A stretch of DNA of 64,000 nucleotides from a virus, in IMG/VR virus record IMGVR_UViG_3300033149_006357, positions 1 through 64,000 of that record; one strand, written 5' to 3'. Positions 8,322-15,691 of the stretch are shown piece by piece; position 1 is the stretch's first letter, and each line of letters begins with the position of its first letter. Under the pieces are notes generated by a model, which ran no database searches, was not told the origin of the DNA, and worked only from the letters and a program-made list of their open reading frames with translations. The position numbers were made by a program, and so were the translations under genes.

Positions 8322-8618
8322 GTGATAACGAAAATCAGAGCCCCCGACGCCGATTGCGCCCGGCTGGCAATGGCCACCGTCGATGCCATTGAGGAATGGG
8401 GAGCAGGGTCGCAAGAGGAAGGATTGGAAACGGCGATAGACGCGGTGCTCCGTGATGAGCGGGATCGGATCTTCGAGATGCACAACATCTACCCGGCGAT
8501 CTCAATCGAGGTTGTCGATAGCCACCCGTCTGTGGGCGGCGATGGGTACATTGACATCGAGATCGATGAAGGGTACGCCGATATCGCCGTGTACGTTCAG
8601 TACCCATTCCCAAGATAA
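8322..8618 (+). CDS. acidic hypothetical protein
   Basis: GTG after purine-rich SD, inside ORF 8283..8618. Confidence 0.55.
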   Translation: MITKIRAPDADCARLAMATVDAIEEWGAGSQEEGLETAIDAVLRDERDRIFEMHNIYPAISIEVVDSHPSVGGDGYIDIEIDEGYADIAVYVQYPFPR

Positions 8619-8646
8619 GTCCAGAAATGGACTTGAAGGGGGCAGG

Positions 8647-9015
8647 ATGAAGAAACTGGTTGGAGCAATCACGGGGGTCGCGATGCTGGCCACGTTGAAA
8701 TGGGGAAACCCCGTTTCAACGCCAGAAGGATCAATCCTTAGGGTATCCCCGGATACGACAATGGTCAGCATCGAGTATCCCTACCACCGTTCGGTGATCG
8801 TCGATCCCGCCACACGCGAGAAAGATGTCGTCTGGGCGGCGAACGTGGTCGCGGCGGTCATTGACCGCTGTCTGGACGACTATCTGGTGAAAGAGCTCCG
8901 GGCGTCCGTGAAGCGGATGGTACGGGAGGCTGTGAAAAATGCCGATCTCGGAATGGGCGGAGGAAAATCTGAGGGAAACCATTTGAGAGGGAACGATGAA
9001 AAAGATAACATTTGA
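8647..9015 (+). CDS. hypothetical protein (distant KWGNP-family paralog)
   Basis: MKKLVGAITGVAMLATLKWGNPVSTPEGSI resembles EKWGNPIRTEFGEI in 7625..8197. Confidence 0.5.
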   Translation: MKKLVGAITGVAMLATLKWGNPVSTPEGSILRVSPDTTMVSIEYPYHRSVIVDPATREKDVVWAANVVAAVIDRCLDDYLVKELRASVKRMVREAVKNADLGMGGGKSEGNHLRGNDEKDNI

Positions 9016-9313
9016 ACAGATCGTATCGGGCGAGTTTGCCCGATCTGGCAAGACCTGGGGCGACCGAATCGCCCCACATATCCACTGCACAGATGGGGCG
9101 GTGCTATCGGTGCAGGCATCATCCCTCCACTATTGCTCGCCCCGCGATGACCATGGGCCATATCAGTCTGTGGAAGTGGGCTATCCTACTAGCCCGCCAC
9201 CCCCCTCGTGGGATCGATACCAGGATGGCGAGAATCCCGTTTGGGGATTCGTTCCCGTGAATCTCGTTAGGCAATTCATCGAGGATCACGGCGGCGAATC
9301 CGACCAGGGCTAG
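8996..9313 (+). CDS. conserved phage hypothetical protein
   Basis: SVQASxxHYCSPR...YxSVEVGYP...VWGFVPV pattern recalled from phage hypothetical proteins. Confidence 0.65.
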   Translation: MKKITFEQIVSGEFARSGKTWGDRIAPHIHCTDGAVLSVQASSLHYCSPRDDHGPYQSVEVGYPTSPPPPSWDRYQDGENPVWGFVPVNLVRQFIEDHGGESDQG

Positions 9314-9332
9314 CACCCAGGGATGAGGATAC

Positions 9333-9590
9333 ATGTTGATCTCGGAATGGGTGGACGAAAATCTGACAGAGGAAGAGATCGCCGATATCGCCACATATGG
9401 GGCGCTCGGGCAACCAGGGCTCACATACGATGGTGAAATCCTGGAAATCTACGACCTCTGCCACAGAGACATTTGGGACAGCCTGGAAGACGATATCTCT
9501 CTGGCAGGGATAGACCATCTCGAGCAGTTGGAGATCGGGCTGACTATCCAGGCGGTCGAGAGAGAGTGCACGAGGAGGATACAATGTTGA
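9333..9590 (+). CDS. small acidic protein, candidate DNA mimic
   Basis: 21 D/E versus 4 R and no K in 85 aa; GAGGA SD. Confidence 0.6.
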   Translation: MLISEWVDENLTEEEIADIATYGALGQPGLTYDGEILEIYDLCHRDIWDSLEDDISLAGIDHLEQLEIGLTIQAVERECTRRIQC

Positions 9591-9973
9591 TCCGATGTGT
9601 TGACAAAATGGCTTACCGCCGAAATGGCGAAGGCTGGGAAAGGGTGCAAATCTCGGTTGGAGATACCGTCTGCGGCGAGATAGAGGACATCGTGGCTGCG
9701 CCTCGAGATCGTGGCGTGAAGCTCATCGTGCAGGATGGTCGAGTGATCGCAACACGTCACGAGCCATATTGCGAGGCGCCGCGCCCGACAAACCGCGTGC
9801 GGATTATTGGAGACACCATCATGAGGTGCTGGACGGATGGTACGGCGCGACCGTCCAGGGCGCTCATGGCGGACGATGTGATCGATTTTGCCGATCTCGA
9901 ATCTTTGCTGGACATCGAGGTCGAGGACGGCAGGTGGATCCGCGTCGAAAATGGAGTGGTAATAGTGCAATGA
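9584..9973 (+). CDS. hypothetical protein with internal duplication
   Basis: GAGGAGG SD; two similar beta-rich halves (LIVQDGRVI / IRVENGVVI). Confidence 0.6.
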   Translation: MLIRCVDKMAYRRNGEGWERVQISVGDTVCGEIEDIVAAPRDRGVKLIVQDGRVIATRHEPYCEAPRPTNRVRIIGDTIMRCWTDGTARPSRALMADDVIDFADLESLLDIEVEDGRWIRVENGVVIVQ

Positions 9974-10055
9974 CAACGTACATCTGCATGCGCAAGCCCA
10001 AAGCCAGACGTATCGACGGCATGGATCACTACGCGCTCTTCAAGGATTCGTACAA

Positions 10056-10364
10056 ATGAGATACCTGATTAACTTTGGGCCGCCGCTGACGGCCGAGGAA
10101 AAAGATACTGTATCCGGTTATCGCCTTCTACAAGCAGAGGGCGATGACGCGGAAGAAAAGATCCGCAGCCTCGGCCGCGACGGTGATTGGTGGTGGACAT
10201 CCGACATCACCGTCCGATTGCCGAACGATCCGATAGAGGCCGCGATCATCGCACTCAAGATTGGCGATGCAATGCCGCTTTGGCCGACTGTCATCGACCT
10301 GCGTGACAACAGCCTCATCGATCTTGAAGCTATTGCGGTATGGGGCGCCCCGCGCTGCGGATGA
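10056..10364 (+). CDS. Csx15-like protein
   Basis: YLINFGPPLT...WWTSDITVRLP...AAIIALKI...WPTVIDLR...LIDLEAI follows the Csx15 pattern (LNFSHPLT...WQTxxILVNxP...AAxLLAEL...FPxIxRLR...IINLQAV) as recalled. Confidence 0.55.
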   Translation: MRYLINFGPPLTAEEKDTVSGYRLLQAEGDDAEEKIRSLGRDGDWWWTSDITVRLPNDPIEAAIIALKIGDAMPLWPTVIDLRDNSLIDLEAIAVWGAPRCG

Positions 10365-10371
10365 GGAGGAA

Positions 10372-10830
10372 ATGATGGGACATCTGACCGACATCGCTTA
10401 CGCGGCCGCATCAGACATCGACGTGGCCATGCGGATGGCCAATGGCGACTGGGCGGCGATGGCCATAGCACGATTGGCCAAGGTCGACCTGGAGGCCGGA
10501 TTAGAGGCCGCAAGAGCGGTAGAAAAGGCAAGGAAGGTGAAATATCTGGTCAATTTCGGAAAGCGCTTATCGAAGTCAGAGCGCGAAGTGTTTCTGACTT
10601 ACGCGGTCGTTCAGCCGACCGGAAACACAGTAGATGAAAAGATCGACAATTGCCATTTCACGACAGGGCAATGGCAAGATGCCGATCTCTACATCATGCT
10701 GCCGGATGATCCAGTCGAGGCCGTCATTCTCATGCTGAAGATTGCAAAGCGTGTCAAGGAATTGCCGGATATCGTGGTCTTGTCCGATGGTTATCCAAAG
10801 TTCATTCCAACAGAGGAGGTCATGTCATGA
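10372..10830 (+). CDS. Csx15-like protein with N-terminal helical extension (alternative GTG start at 10537)
   Basis: GAGGAGG SD. YLVNFGKRLS...FTTGQWQDADLYIMLPDDPVEAVILMLKI is a clear paralog of 10056..10364. Confidence 0.55.
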   Translation: MMGHLTDIAYAAASDIDVAMRMANGDWAAMAIARLAKVDLEAGLEAARAVEKARKVKYLVNFGKRLSKSEREVFLTYAVVQPTGNTVDEKIDNCHFTTGQWQDADLYIMLPDDPVEAVILMLKIAKRVKELPDIVVLSDGYPKFIPTEEVMS

Positions 10831-11141
10831 ACGTAACCGTGAAGGTAAGCGATCTGGTGTTCGATATGGAAACCCTTCATGCCGCCATTGCCGTGGCAAA
10901 GGCGAATGATGGGGAAGTCCGCATCGATGGCAATACGGTCGACATCTCCGGCCTCTATACAGAGGTCGACATGTGCAGGGCAAGACTGCGTTACGTCGAC
11001 CTCGAGGAGAGATTGTACGATGTCGAGCGCGAACTCTTGACGCTCAATCCGTATGATTTCATCGACCGCGGCCTTCTGCCCGAAGATCATCCATACGCGC
11101 TGCGGCTGGTGACCAAGGAGGATAGTGTTGTCTACATCTAG
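10827..11141 (+). CDS. hypothetical protein
   Basis: GAGGAGG SD; start overlaps previous stop. Confidence 0.6.
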   Translation: MNVTVKVSDLVFDMETLHAAIAVAKANDGEVRIDGNTVDISGLYTEVDMCRARLRYVDLEERLYDVERELLTLNPYDFIDRGLLPEDHPYALRLVTKEDSVVYI

Positions 11142-11210
11142 GCTTGTTCGCCCGCCGGGACAGGTTGACGCCCTGCGATGGCGGGCCACACCGATAAAAG
11201 GAGACCGAAA

Positions 11211-11474
11211 GTGAAGCCAAGCGAATGGGCGAAAGTGATCGGGGCGATGCTTATCGCCGCAGCGGACAACCCGGATATGTTCAACTTTGAGGAAGACGAT
11301 TCCGGGATGTCGCCACACGACAAATCGATCATCAACATCGCACGCCGGCTCTTTCCCGATGAGCCAGTGCACAAGCAGGCGCTGTACGCCGCGACCGCCG
11401 CGTACATCGTGGACACGATCTTGGTAAAGATGCCAAAGGTTGAGGCCGCGATCGATGGCCTCGTGGAGGATTAA
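11211..11474 (+). CDS. hypothetical protein
   Basis: GTG after AAGGAG inside ORF 11178..11474. Confidence 0.55.
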   Translation: MKPSEWAKVIGAMLIAAADNPDMFNFEEDDSGMSPHDKSIINIARRLFPDEPVHKQALYAATAAYIVDTILVKMPKVEAAIDGLVED

Positions 11475-11477
11475 GAC

Positions 11478-11756
11478 ATGGGCGAGCTGACAAAGTGGTT
11501 CGAAGATGTGGCGAGGGTCATCGTCCTTGCCACGAACATCGATGGGTTCCTGGAGAACATTGCGGATGTCGCCGGTCCCCACGCCATGGCAATAGCGAAA
11601 GCGACGGATGTCGTCATGCCAGACGCAGATGCAATGAAAAAGGCATGCGTCGCTACCGTAGCCCTGATGACGGTCGAGTCGATGGCGGGTCACACAGAAT
11701 CCGTACTGAGCAGCGCGATCCGGCTAGACCGCCATCTGAGATCGGTGATGAACTAG
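11478..11756 (+). CDS. hypothetical protein
   Basis: GGAGGA SD, 92 aa. Confidence 0.6.
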   Translation: MGELTKWFEDVARVIVLATNIDGFLENIADVAGPHAMAIAKATDVVMPDADAMKKACVATVALMTVESMAGHTESVLSSAIRLDRHLRSVMN

Positions 11757-11799
11757 CATCATCGGGCTAGCATCCCGTTACCACTGCCAAGGTATAATT

Positions 11800-12333
11800 A
11801 TGTATCCAGAACTTTGCTCAAACTGTAATGAGATGTTGGACAGAATGGCGGCAGATCGCGGCATCCACAAGATCGAGGCCGCCGAGATAGCATGGAGAGA
11901 CCGCCTTTACTGCGGCGGGCGAAAATGCGCATCGCCGGAGCTCCTATCGGAGACAGACGATTGCGTAGCGACCGCCGTCGTCGATGGCCAGCACTGGACA
12001 GCAACGCTGGAAAAGAACGCCATCGTATGGGAGCTCAACGGCAACGTTGTTGATACATGGCGCGATTGCTCACAAATCACGTTTCGTGAGATCGTCGGGA
12101 TGAGGCCGCCCTTGAAGAGGGAAGACTTCCACAAAGTGTCAAAGATATCCATTGATATGCTCAAGGGCGTGACGTACACGCCGCCCAAGAAAGTATCCGT
12201 TCCAGGTGTGGACCTGTGGGATGTGTACATGTGGGTTGACACAATGACCGATAATGACATCGAAATGGAGGGCCTTGATACCTCGAAAAAAGTCATTGTG
12301 TTAGACGACTCAATCTACATAAGGAGAAAATAA
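11800..12333 (+). CDS. hypothetical protein with Cys pairs
   Basis: 177-aa ORF; stop overlaps next start. Confidence 0.55.
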   Translation: MYPELCSNCNEMLDRMAADRGIHKIEAAEIAWRDRLYCGGRKCASPELLSETDDCVATAVVDGQHWTATLEKNAIVWELNGNVVDTWRDCSQITFREIVGMRPPLKREDFHKVSKISIDMLKGVTYTPPKKVSVPGVDLWDVYMWVDTMTDNDIEMEGLDTSKKVIVLDDSIYIRRK

Positions 12334-12692
12334 TGGAGAGGTCTGAGGATAAACAATGGTACGACGCCATTCTTGCAATGACAAGCAACCCGCACAACAT
12401 CTACATCGATCGGTTCAGCGATGGCGTCGCGATCACGATCTCTGCGGCGGGCGCGAGGATGTCCCTCATAATCCCCAATGACATGGAGCTCAAATGGACA
12501 TCAAAGGGGTGCTCGCATCCTGAGACGGAAAACGAGGTCTTGTACGTAGATGGTTCCGCAATGCAGCGCGTCTGCTGCAAACATTGCGGATTTATCATCC
12601 GGCCTTGGCGCGCATGCAAGACGCCCTGGCCGATAGATAGGGAAGCAGAGGCACACATAATGGGAGGTCTGGATGAAATTCTTGAAGATTGA
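12333..12692 (+). CDS. hypothetical protein, possible Zn ribbon
   Basis: AAGGAG SD; CSH...CKHC. Confidence 0.6.
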   Translation: MERSEDKQWYDAILAMTSNPHNIYIDRFSDGVAITISAAGARMSLIIPNDMELKWTSKGCSHPETENEVLYVDGSAMQRVCCKHCGFIIRPWRACKTPWPIDREAEAHIMGGLDEILED

Positions 12693-13023
12693 CCTGAAGC
12701 CGTGGCAACCACCGGTCTCATCAGCCGAGGCGGTCGCCATTATCTGGGCGCTGCCGACAGCGCTGGAGTTGATGCGTGACATCTTTCCAGATGTCCGCAT
12801 CGTAGAAAGGGGGAAAAGGTACTTCAAAATCAGCGGACCGACTGAATCGGTCAAACAGGTCGCGTCGAGGTACGCCGACATCCAATACGCGGCCTTGGGA
12901 TGTGGAGCACGTATCGTCGGAGATGCCATCGACATTCGATACGTGCCAAAGTCGGCGCTAGAAGCGATGGCTAAGGGAGTCCCGATGAGGGACATCATAT
13001 CTCATTTCTCAGAAGGAGAATAG
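12673..13023 (+). CDS. hypothetical protein immediately upstream of the Ubl gene
   Basis: GGAGG SD, 116 aa. Confidence 0.6.
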   Translation: MKFLKIDLKPWQPPVSSAEAVAIIWALPTALELMRDIFPDVRIVERGKRYFKISGPTESVKQVASRYADIQYAALGCGARIVGDAIDIRYVPKSALEAMAKGVPMRDIISHFSEGE

Positions 13024-13025
13024 CG

Positions 13026-13214
13026 ATGAAGGTCACGATCGTAGGCGAGGGCAGGGAAATCACGTTGGAGGATGGGTTCACCCTGGAAGAACTGGTCGAA
13101 CAGGGCATCGTCCCATCCGACTACCGGGTCTTCGACAGCAACGGGAATGAAGTTGCTTCCGACGAGGAGGTGACCGGCGACCTGGTTGCCGCGCCCGTTA
13201 CCAAGAACGCCTAA
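13026..13214 (+). CDS. ubiquitin-like beta-grasp protein (ThiS/MoaD-like Ubl)
   Basis: 62 aa, MKVTIVGEGREITLEDGFTLEELVEQ...NGNEV...DLVAAPVTKNA; AAGGAG SD; first gene of an E2-JAB-E1 cluster. Confidence 0.7.
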   Translation: MKVTIVGEGREITLEDGFTLEELVEQGIVPSDYRVFDSNGNEVASDEEVTGDLVAAPVTKNA

Positions 13215-13220
13215 GTAAGC

Positions 13221-13246
13221 AGGGCGGGTCAATGGCGACCCGCCCT
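13221..13246 (+). promoter_or_regulatory. stem-loop between Ubl and E2 genes
   Basis: Perfect 10-bp stem AGGGCGGGTC/GACCCGCCCT, no U tract. Confidence 0.55.
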
Positions 13247-13261
13247 CATCGAGGTATTATC

Positions 13262-13885
13262 ATGTATGCACTTGCAGATTCTGAATCTACCCTGGAGGCG
13301 ATGGTAAGCGGTGAATGGGAAGATAAGGGGGTGTTCTTTGTCGCCAACGTCTTCCCAGAAGACCCAGACGGGCATGTGCATCAGCACATTATGGGCATCG
13401 CCCTGGGCGCTAAGTTTTTGTTCTCCCAATGGTGTTATCGAGAGCAGCACCCGCACCGCGCGAGCGACCGGTGCTTGTGCATCGGTTCAGGGGCGACTCA
13501 CGCGCGACTTCTTATCGATCGCGGTCACCTCACGCAGGCAATCGCGCTTGTCATCCGGCACCTCAACGAGGTGAACCTGGAAGATTGCTACAATCCCTAC
13601 GATGAGTTCAGCCCGTGCTCGAATTGCGGCTTGTATACGTCCACGCCGCACAAATGCAATGGATGCGGGGATTACTTTTGTGACAATTGCATGGAAGGCG
13701 ACTATTGCCTGACATGCATAGAATATGTCTGCCCGGAATGCGGGATATACGATCCGAACACGTGCATATTGTGCGGCCAAACGCACTGCACATGCGGATA
13801 CAGCGAGTGCGTGTGCTCGGCCCGTTTTCCGGATTACGAAATGATGGTGGAGGTCTTGAAAGATCATGGCATTGAGATACATTGA
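13262..13885 (+). CDS. prokaryotic E2 (UBC-like) enzyme fused to a Cys-rich multi-Zn-finger region
   Basis: HPH-x7-C(IG) catalytic signature (QHPHRASDRCLCIG) and following helices; C-terminal CxxC repeats. Start chosen after GAGGT SD; 13232 is the alternative. Confidence 0.7.
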   Translation: MYALADSESTLEAMVSGEWEDKGVFFVANVFPEDPDGHVHQHIMGIALGAKFLFSQWCYREQHPHRASDRCLCIGSGATHARLLIDRGHLTQAIALVIRHLNEVNLEDCYNPYDEFSPCSNCGLYTSTPHKCNGCGDYFCDNCMEGDYCLTCIEYVCPECGIYDPNTCILCGQTHCTCGYSECVCSARFPDYEMMVEVLKDHGIEIH

Positions 13886-14522
13886 GGAAGCAGCGCCGAC
13901 AAAATTGATCGTCACCGATAATGTAGCACACAAGATCGCGGTGCTCATGGCATCCGAGCCGAACGTGGAAATCGGCGGCGCTGGATACGTGGAAGGCAAC
14001 GAATGGACGCGCATCTGGTGCGGTACTACAGAGGCCAGCGTCGGCGAACACGAGATGTCCGCCGAGTCATTGGCCAACATCACGATGGAAGCCCTGAAGG
14101 CCGGATTGAAGCCCGCAGGGCTCAGATTGTACTGGCATACACATGGCGTCCATGGATTTGCCCCATCGTTTTCGCAGGTGGATTGGGACACAATCTATAA
14201 GCAAGCATCCCACGGGCTAAGGATCGTCAACGTCGTGTTTGGGGGTCTCACCAAATATGATGCGGTCGAGGCATGGAAAATCACGCCCGCAAGATATGTG
14301 GTGCGCAATGTAGAACTAGAATGGAGGCTGAGAGATGATAAGGGTTATTGGGATTGGGCATCTCGGTTCCTGGACGGCACTGGCATTAGAAAGAAGAGGA
14401 TGCCAGGTGTCAGTCTGGGATATGGACACGGTGGAGCCGCGCAATCTCCCGGTGTCCCCGTACACAAAGGACCAGGTTGGCCTTTTGAAGATAGAGGCGA
14501 TTGGTCAGCTTGGGACCTTTGA
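13866..14522 (+). CDS. JAB/MPN+ (JAMM) metallo-isopeptidase
   Basis: N-terminal EIGG glutamate plus WHTHG...SFSQVD (HxH...SxxD). Confidence 0.85.
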   Translation: MALRYIEEAAPTKLIVTDNVAHKIAVLMASEPNVEIGGAGYVEGNEWTRIWCGTTEASVGEHEMSAESLANITMEALKAGLKPAGLRLYWHTHGVHGFAPSFSQVDWDTIYKQASHGLRIVNVVFGGLTKYDAVEAWKITPARYVVRNVELEWRLRDDKGYWDWASRFLDGTGIRKKRMPGVSLGYGHGGAAQSPGVPVHKGPGWPFEDRGDWSAWDL

Positions 14523-14874
14523 GACCAATGGGATGTGGATGGGAAACCCGCTGGACGGGATCGTGATATGCGCCGTCGATAACAACACGACCAGACAGCG
14601 CATCCGGGAGGCCACGGATGGGATCTTCATCGACGTGAGGTCTGCAGGAAAGTTTTGCGAGGTCTTCTGTCTGGATGGATCCCCAGAAAAAGAGGCCAGA
14701 TGGGATGCGTCATTCAGTGGCGTAATGGCGAGCGACGGGTGCGGGTCGTTCGCGTCTTCTGGCCTGTGGGTCGCATCCGTTGTGGCGGACATGATAGACG
14801 ACATCCAGGAAGGGAAAAGTGTACCCGCCCATATCATGAGAACAGGATACGGAGTGATCCAATGGAAGCCTTGA
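14335..14874 (+). CDS. E1-like ThiF/MoeB adenylyltransferase
   Basis: VIGIGHLGS, WDMDTVEPRNL, KIEA, CAVDN..TR, IDVR and candidate catalytic Cys in SDGCG; GGAGG SD. Confidence 0.88.
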   Translation: MIRVIGIGHLGSWTALALERRGCQVSVWDMDTVEPRNLPVSPYTKDQVGLLKIEAIGQLGTFETNGMWMGNPLDGIVICAVDNNTTRQRIREATDGIFIDVRSAGKFCEVFCLDGSPEKEARWDASFSGVMASDGCGSFASSGLWVASVVADMIDDIQEGKSVPAHIMRTGYGVIQWKP

Positions 14875-14934
14875 TCATACTGATCGGAATTGGAGTGTGG
14901 ATTATCGGGTTGGCGATCATACACGAGGTGTTCG

Positions 14935-15186
14935 ATGAACGTTAGAATCGCTTTCATGGAGAAGGAAAGCGCCGTCGAATTCGGTCCGGATGACGAGATT
15001 GACAGATCGCAGATCCGGGTACACGCGTCCATATTTCTCGGACATCTGAGCAGTCTCGACATCCCGCGCAAGTTTCACGGGTCGTTTCGGCTTCAGGAAT
15101 GGAAGGACCACTTCCAGGAAAGAGCCGGATACGACCCATATCCCGATGCCGACGGCGACGAGATGTGCTTTTTCGCTCTGACATAG
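14935..15186 (+). CDS. hypothetical protein
   Basis: GAGGTG SD before MNVRIAF. Confidence 0.5.
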   Translation: MNVRIAFMEKESAVEFGPDDEIDRSQIRVHASIFLGHLSSLDIPRKFHGSFRLQEWKDHFQERAGYDPYPDADGDEMCFFALT

Positions 15187-15194
15187 GAGGCAGG

Positions 15195-15416
15195 ATGTAC
15201 AGGCCATTGATTGTGCTCGATCGTGGCAAGCTGATTGCATACGACATCCGCGATGGGAAAAAGGTCGTCCCGGTGCCGGAGCAGATGCAGTGGATGAAAT
15301 TGCTATGCTTTCCCAAAGCATTCTGTCCCGCGCACCTGGATTGGGACGGAGACCTACCGAGGGCGGTGTGGGTTATCAGTGAGCTTCACGGTCTCGGAAG
15401 AAGGCTGTGTAGATGA
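15195..15416 (+). CDS. hypothetical protein
   Basis: AGGAGG SD before MYRPLIVLD. Confidence 0.5.
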   Translation: MYRPLIVLDRGKLIAYDIRDGKKVVPVPEQMQWMKLLCFPKAFCPAHLDWDGDLPRAVWVISELHGLGRRLCR

Positions 15417-15607
15417 ACACGTTTATCGTAGATGGAAAGGAGTACGGGGTCAAGGATGGAAAGTGTGTTCACGGAGAAGGGGACGAGATACAATCCGTGA
15501 GACACACCGGATACGGGATGTTCATTCTTGTGAACAACGCATGGTATCAAGTGCTCAGATATTATAACGGGATAGCATGCAAAAGAGTGGATTCAAAACG
15601 CAACTGA
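15413..15607 (+). CDS. hypothetical protein
   Basis: ATGA overlap with previous gene; ends before terminator. Confidence 0.5.
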   Translation: MNTFIVDGKEYGVKDGKCVHGEGDEIQSVRHTGYGMFILVNNAWYQVLRYYNGIACKRVDSKRN

Positions 15608-15611
15608 CCAG

Positions 15612-15642
15612 GATGGGGGCGATTCGCCCCCATCATTTTTTT
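15612..15642 (+). terminator. intrinsic terminator
   Basis: GATGGGGGCG-ATT-CGCCCCCATC then A and T7. Confidence 0.85.
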
Positions 15643-15691
15643 ATCGTCCATGCAAACCGGACGCAGAAACGCAGACTATCGGAGATGTAAG

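Noticed and set aside
10791-11693. 300-aa - strand ORF
   Set aside because: Antisense to three SD-led + strand genes; composition typical of shadow frames.
14335-14874. Thiamine or molybdopterin biosynthesis ThiF/MoeB
   Set aside because: No thiG, moaE or rhodanese context; the adjacent E2 and JAB point to conjugation.
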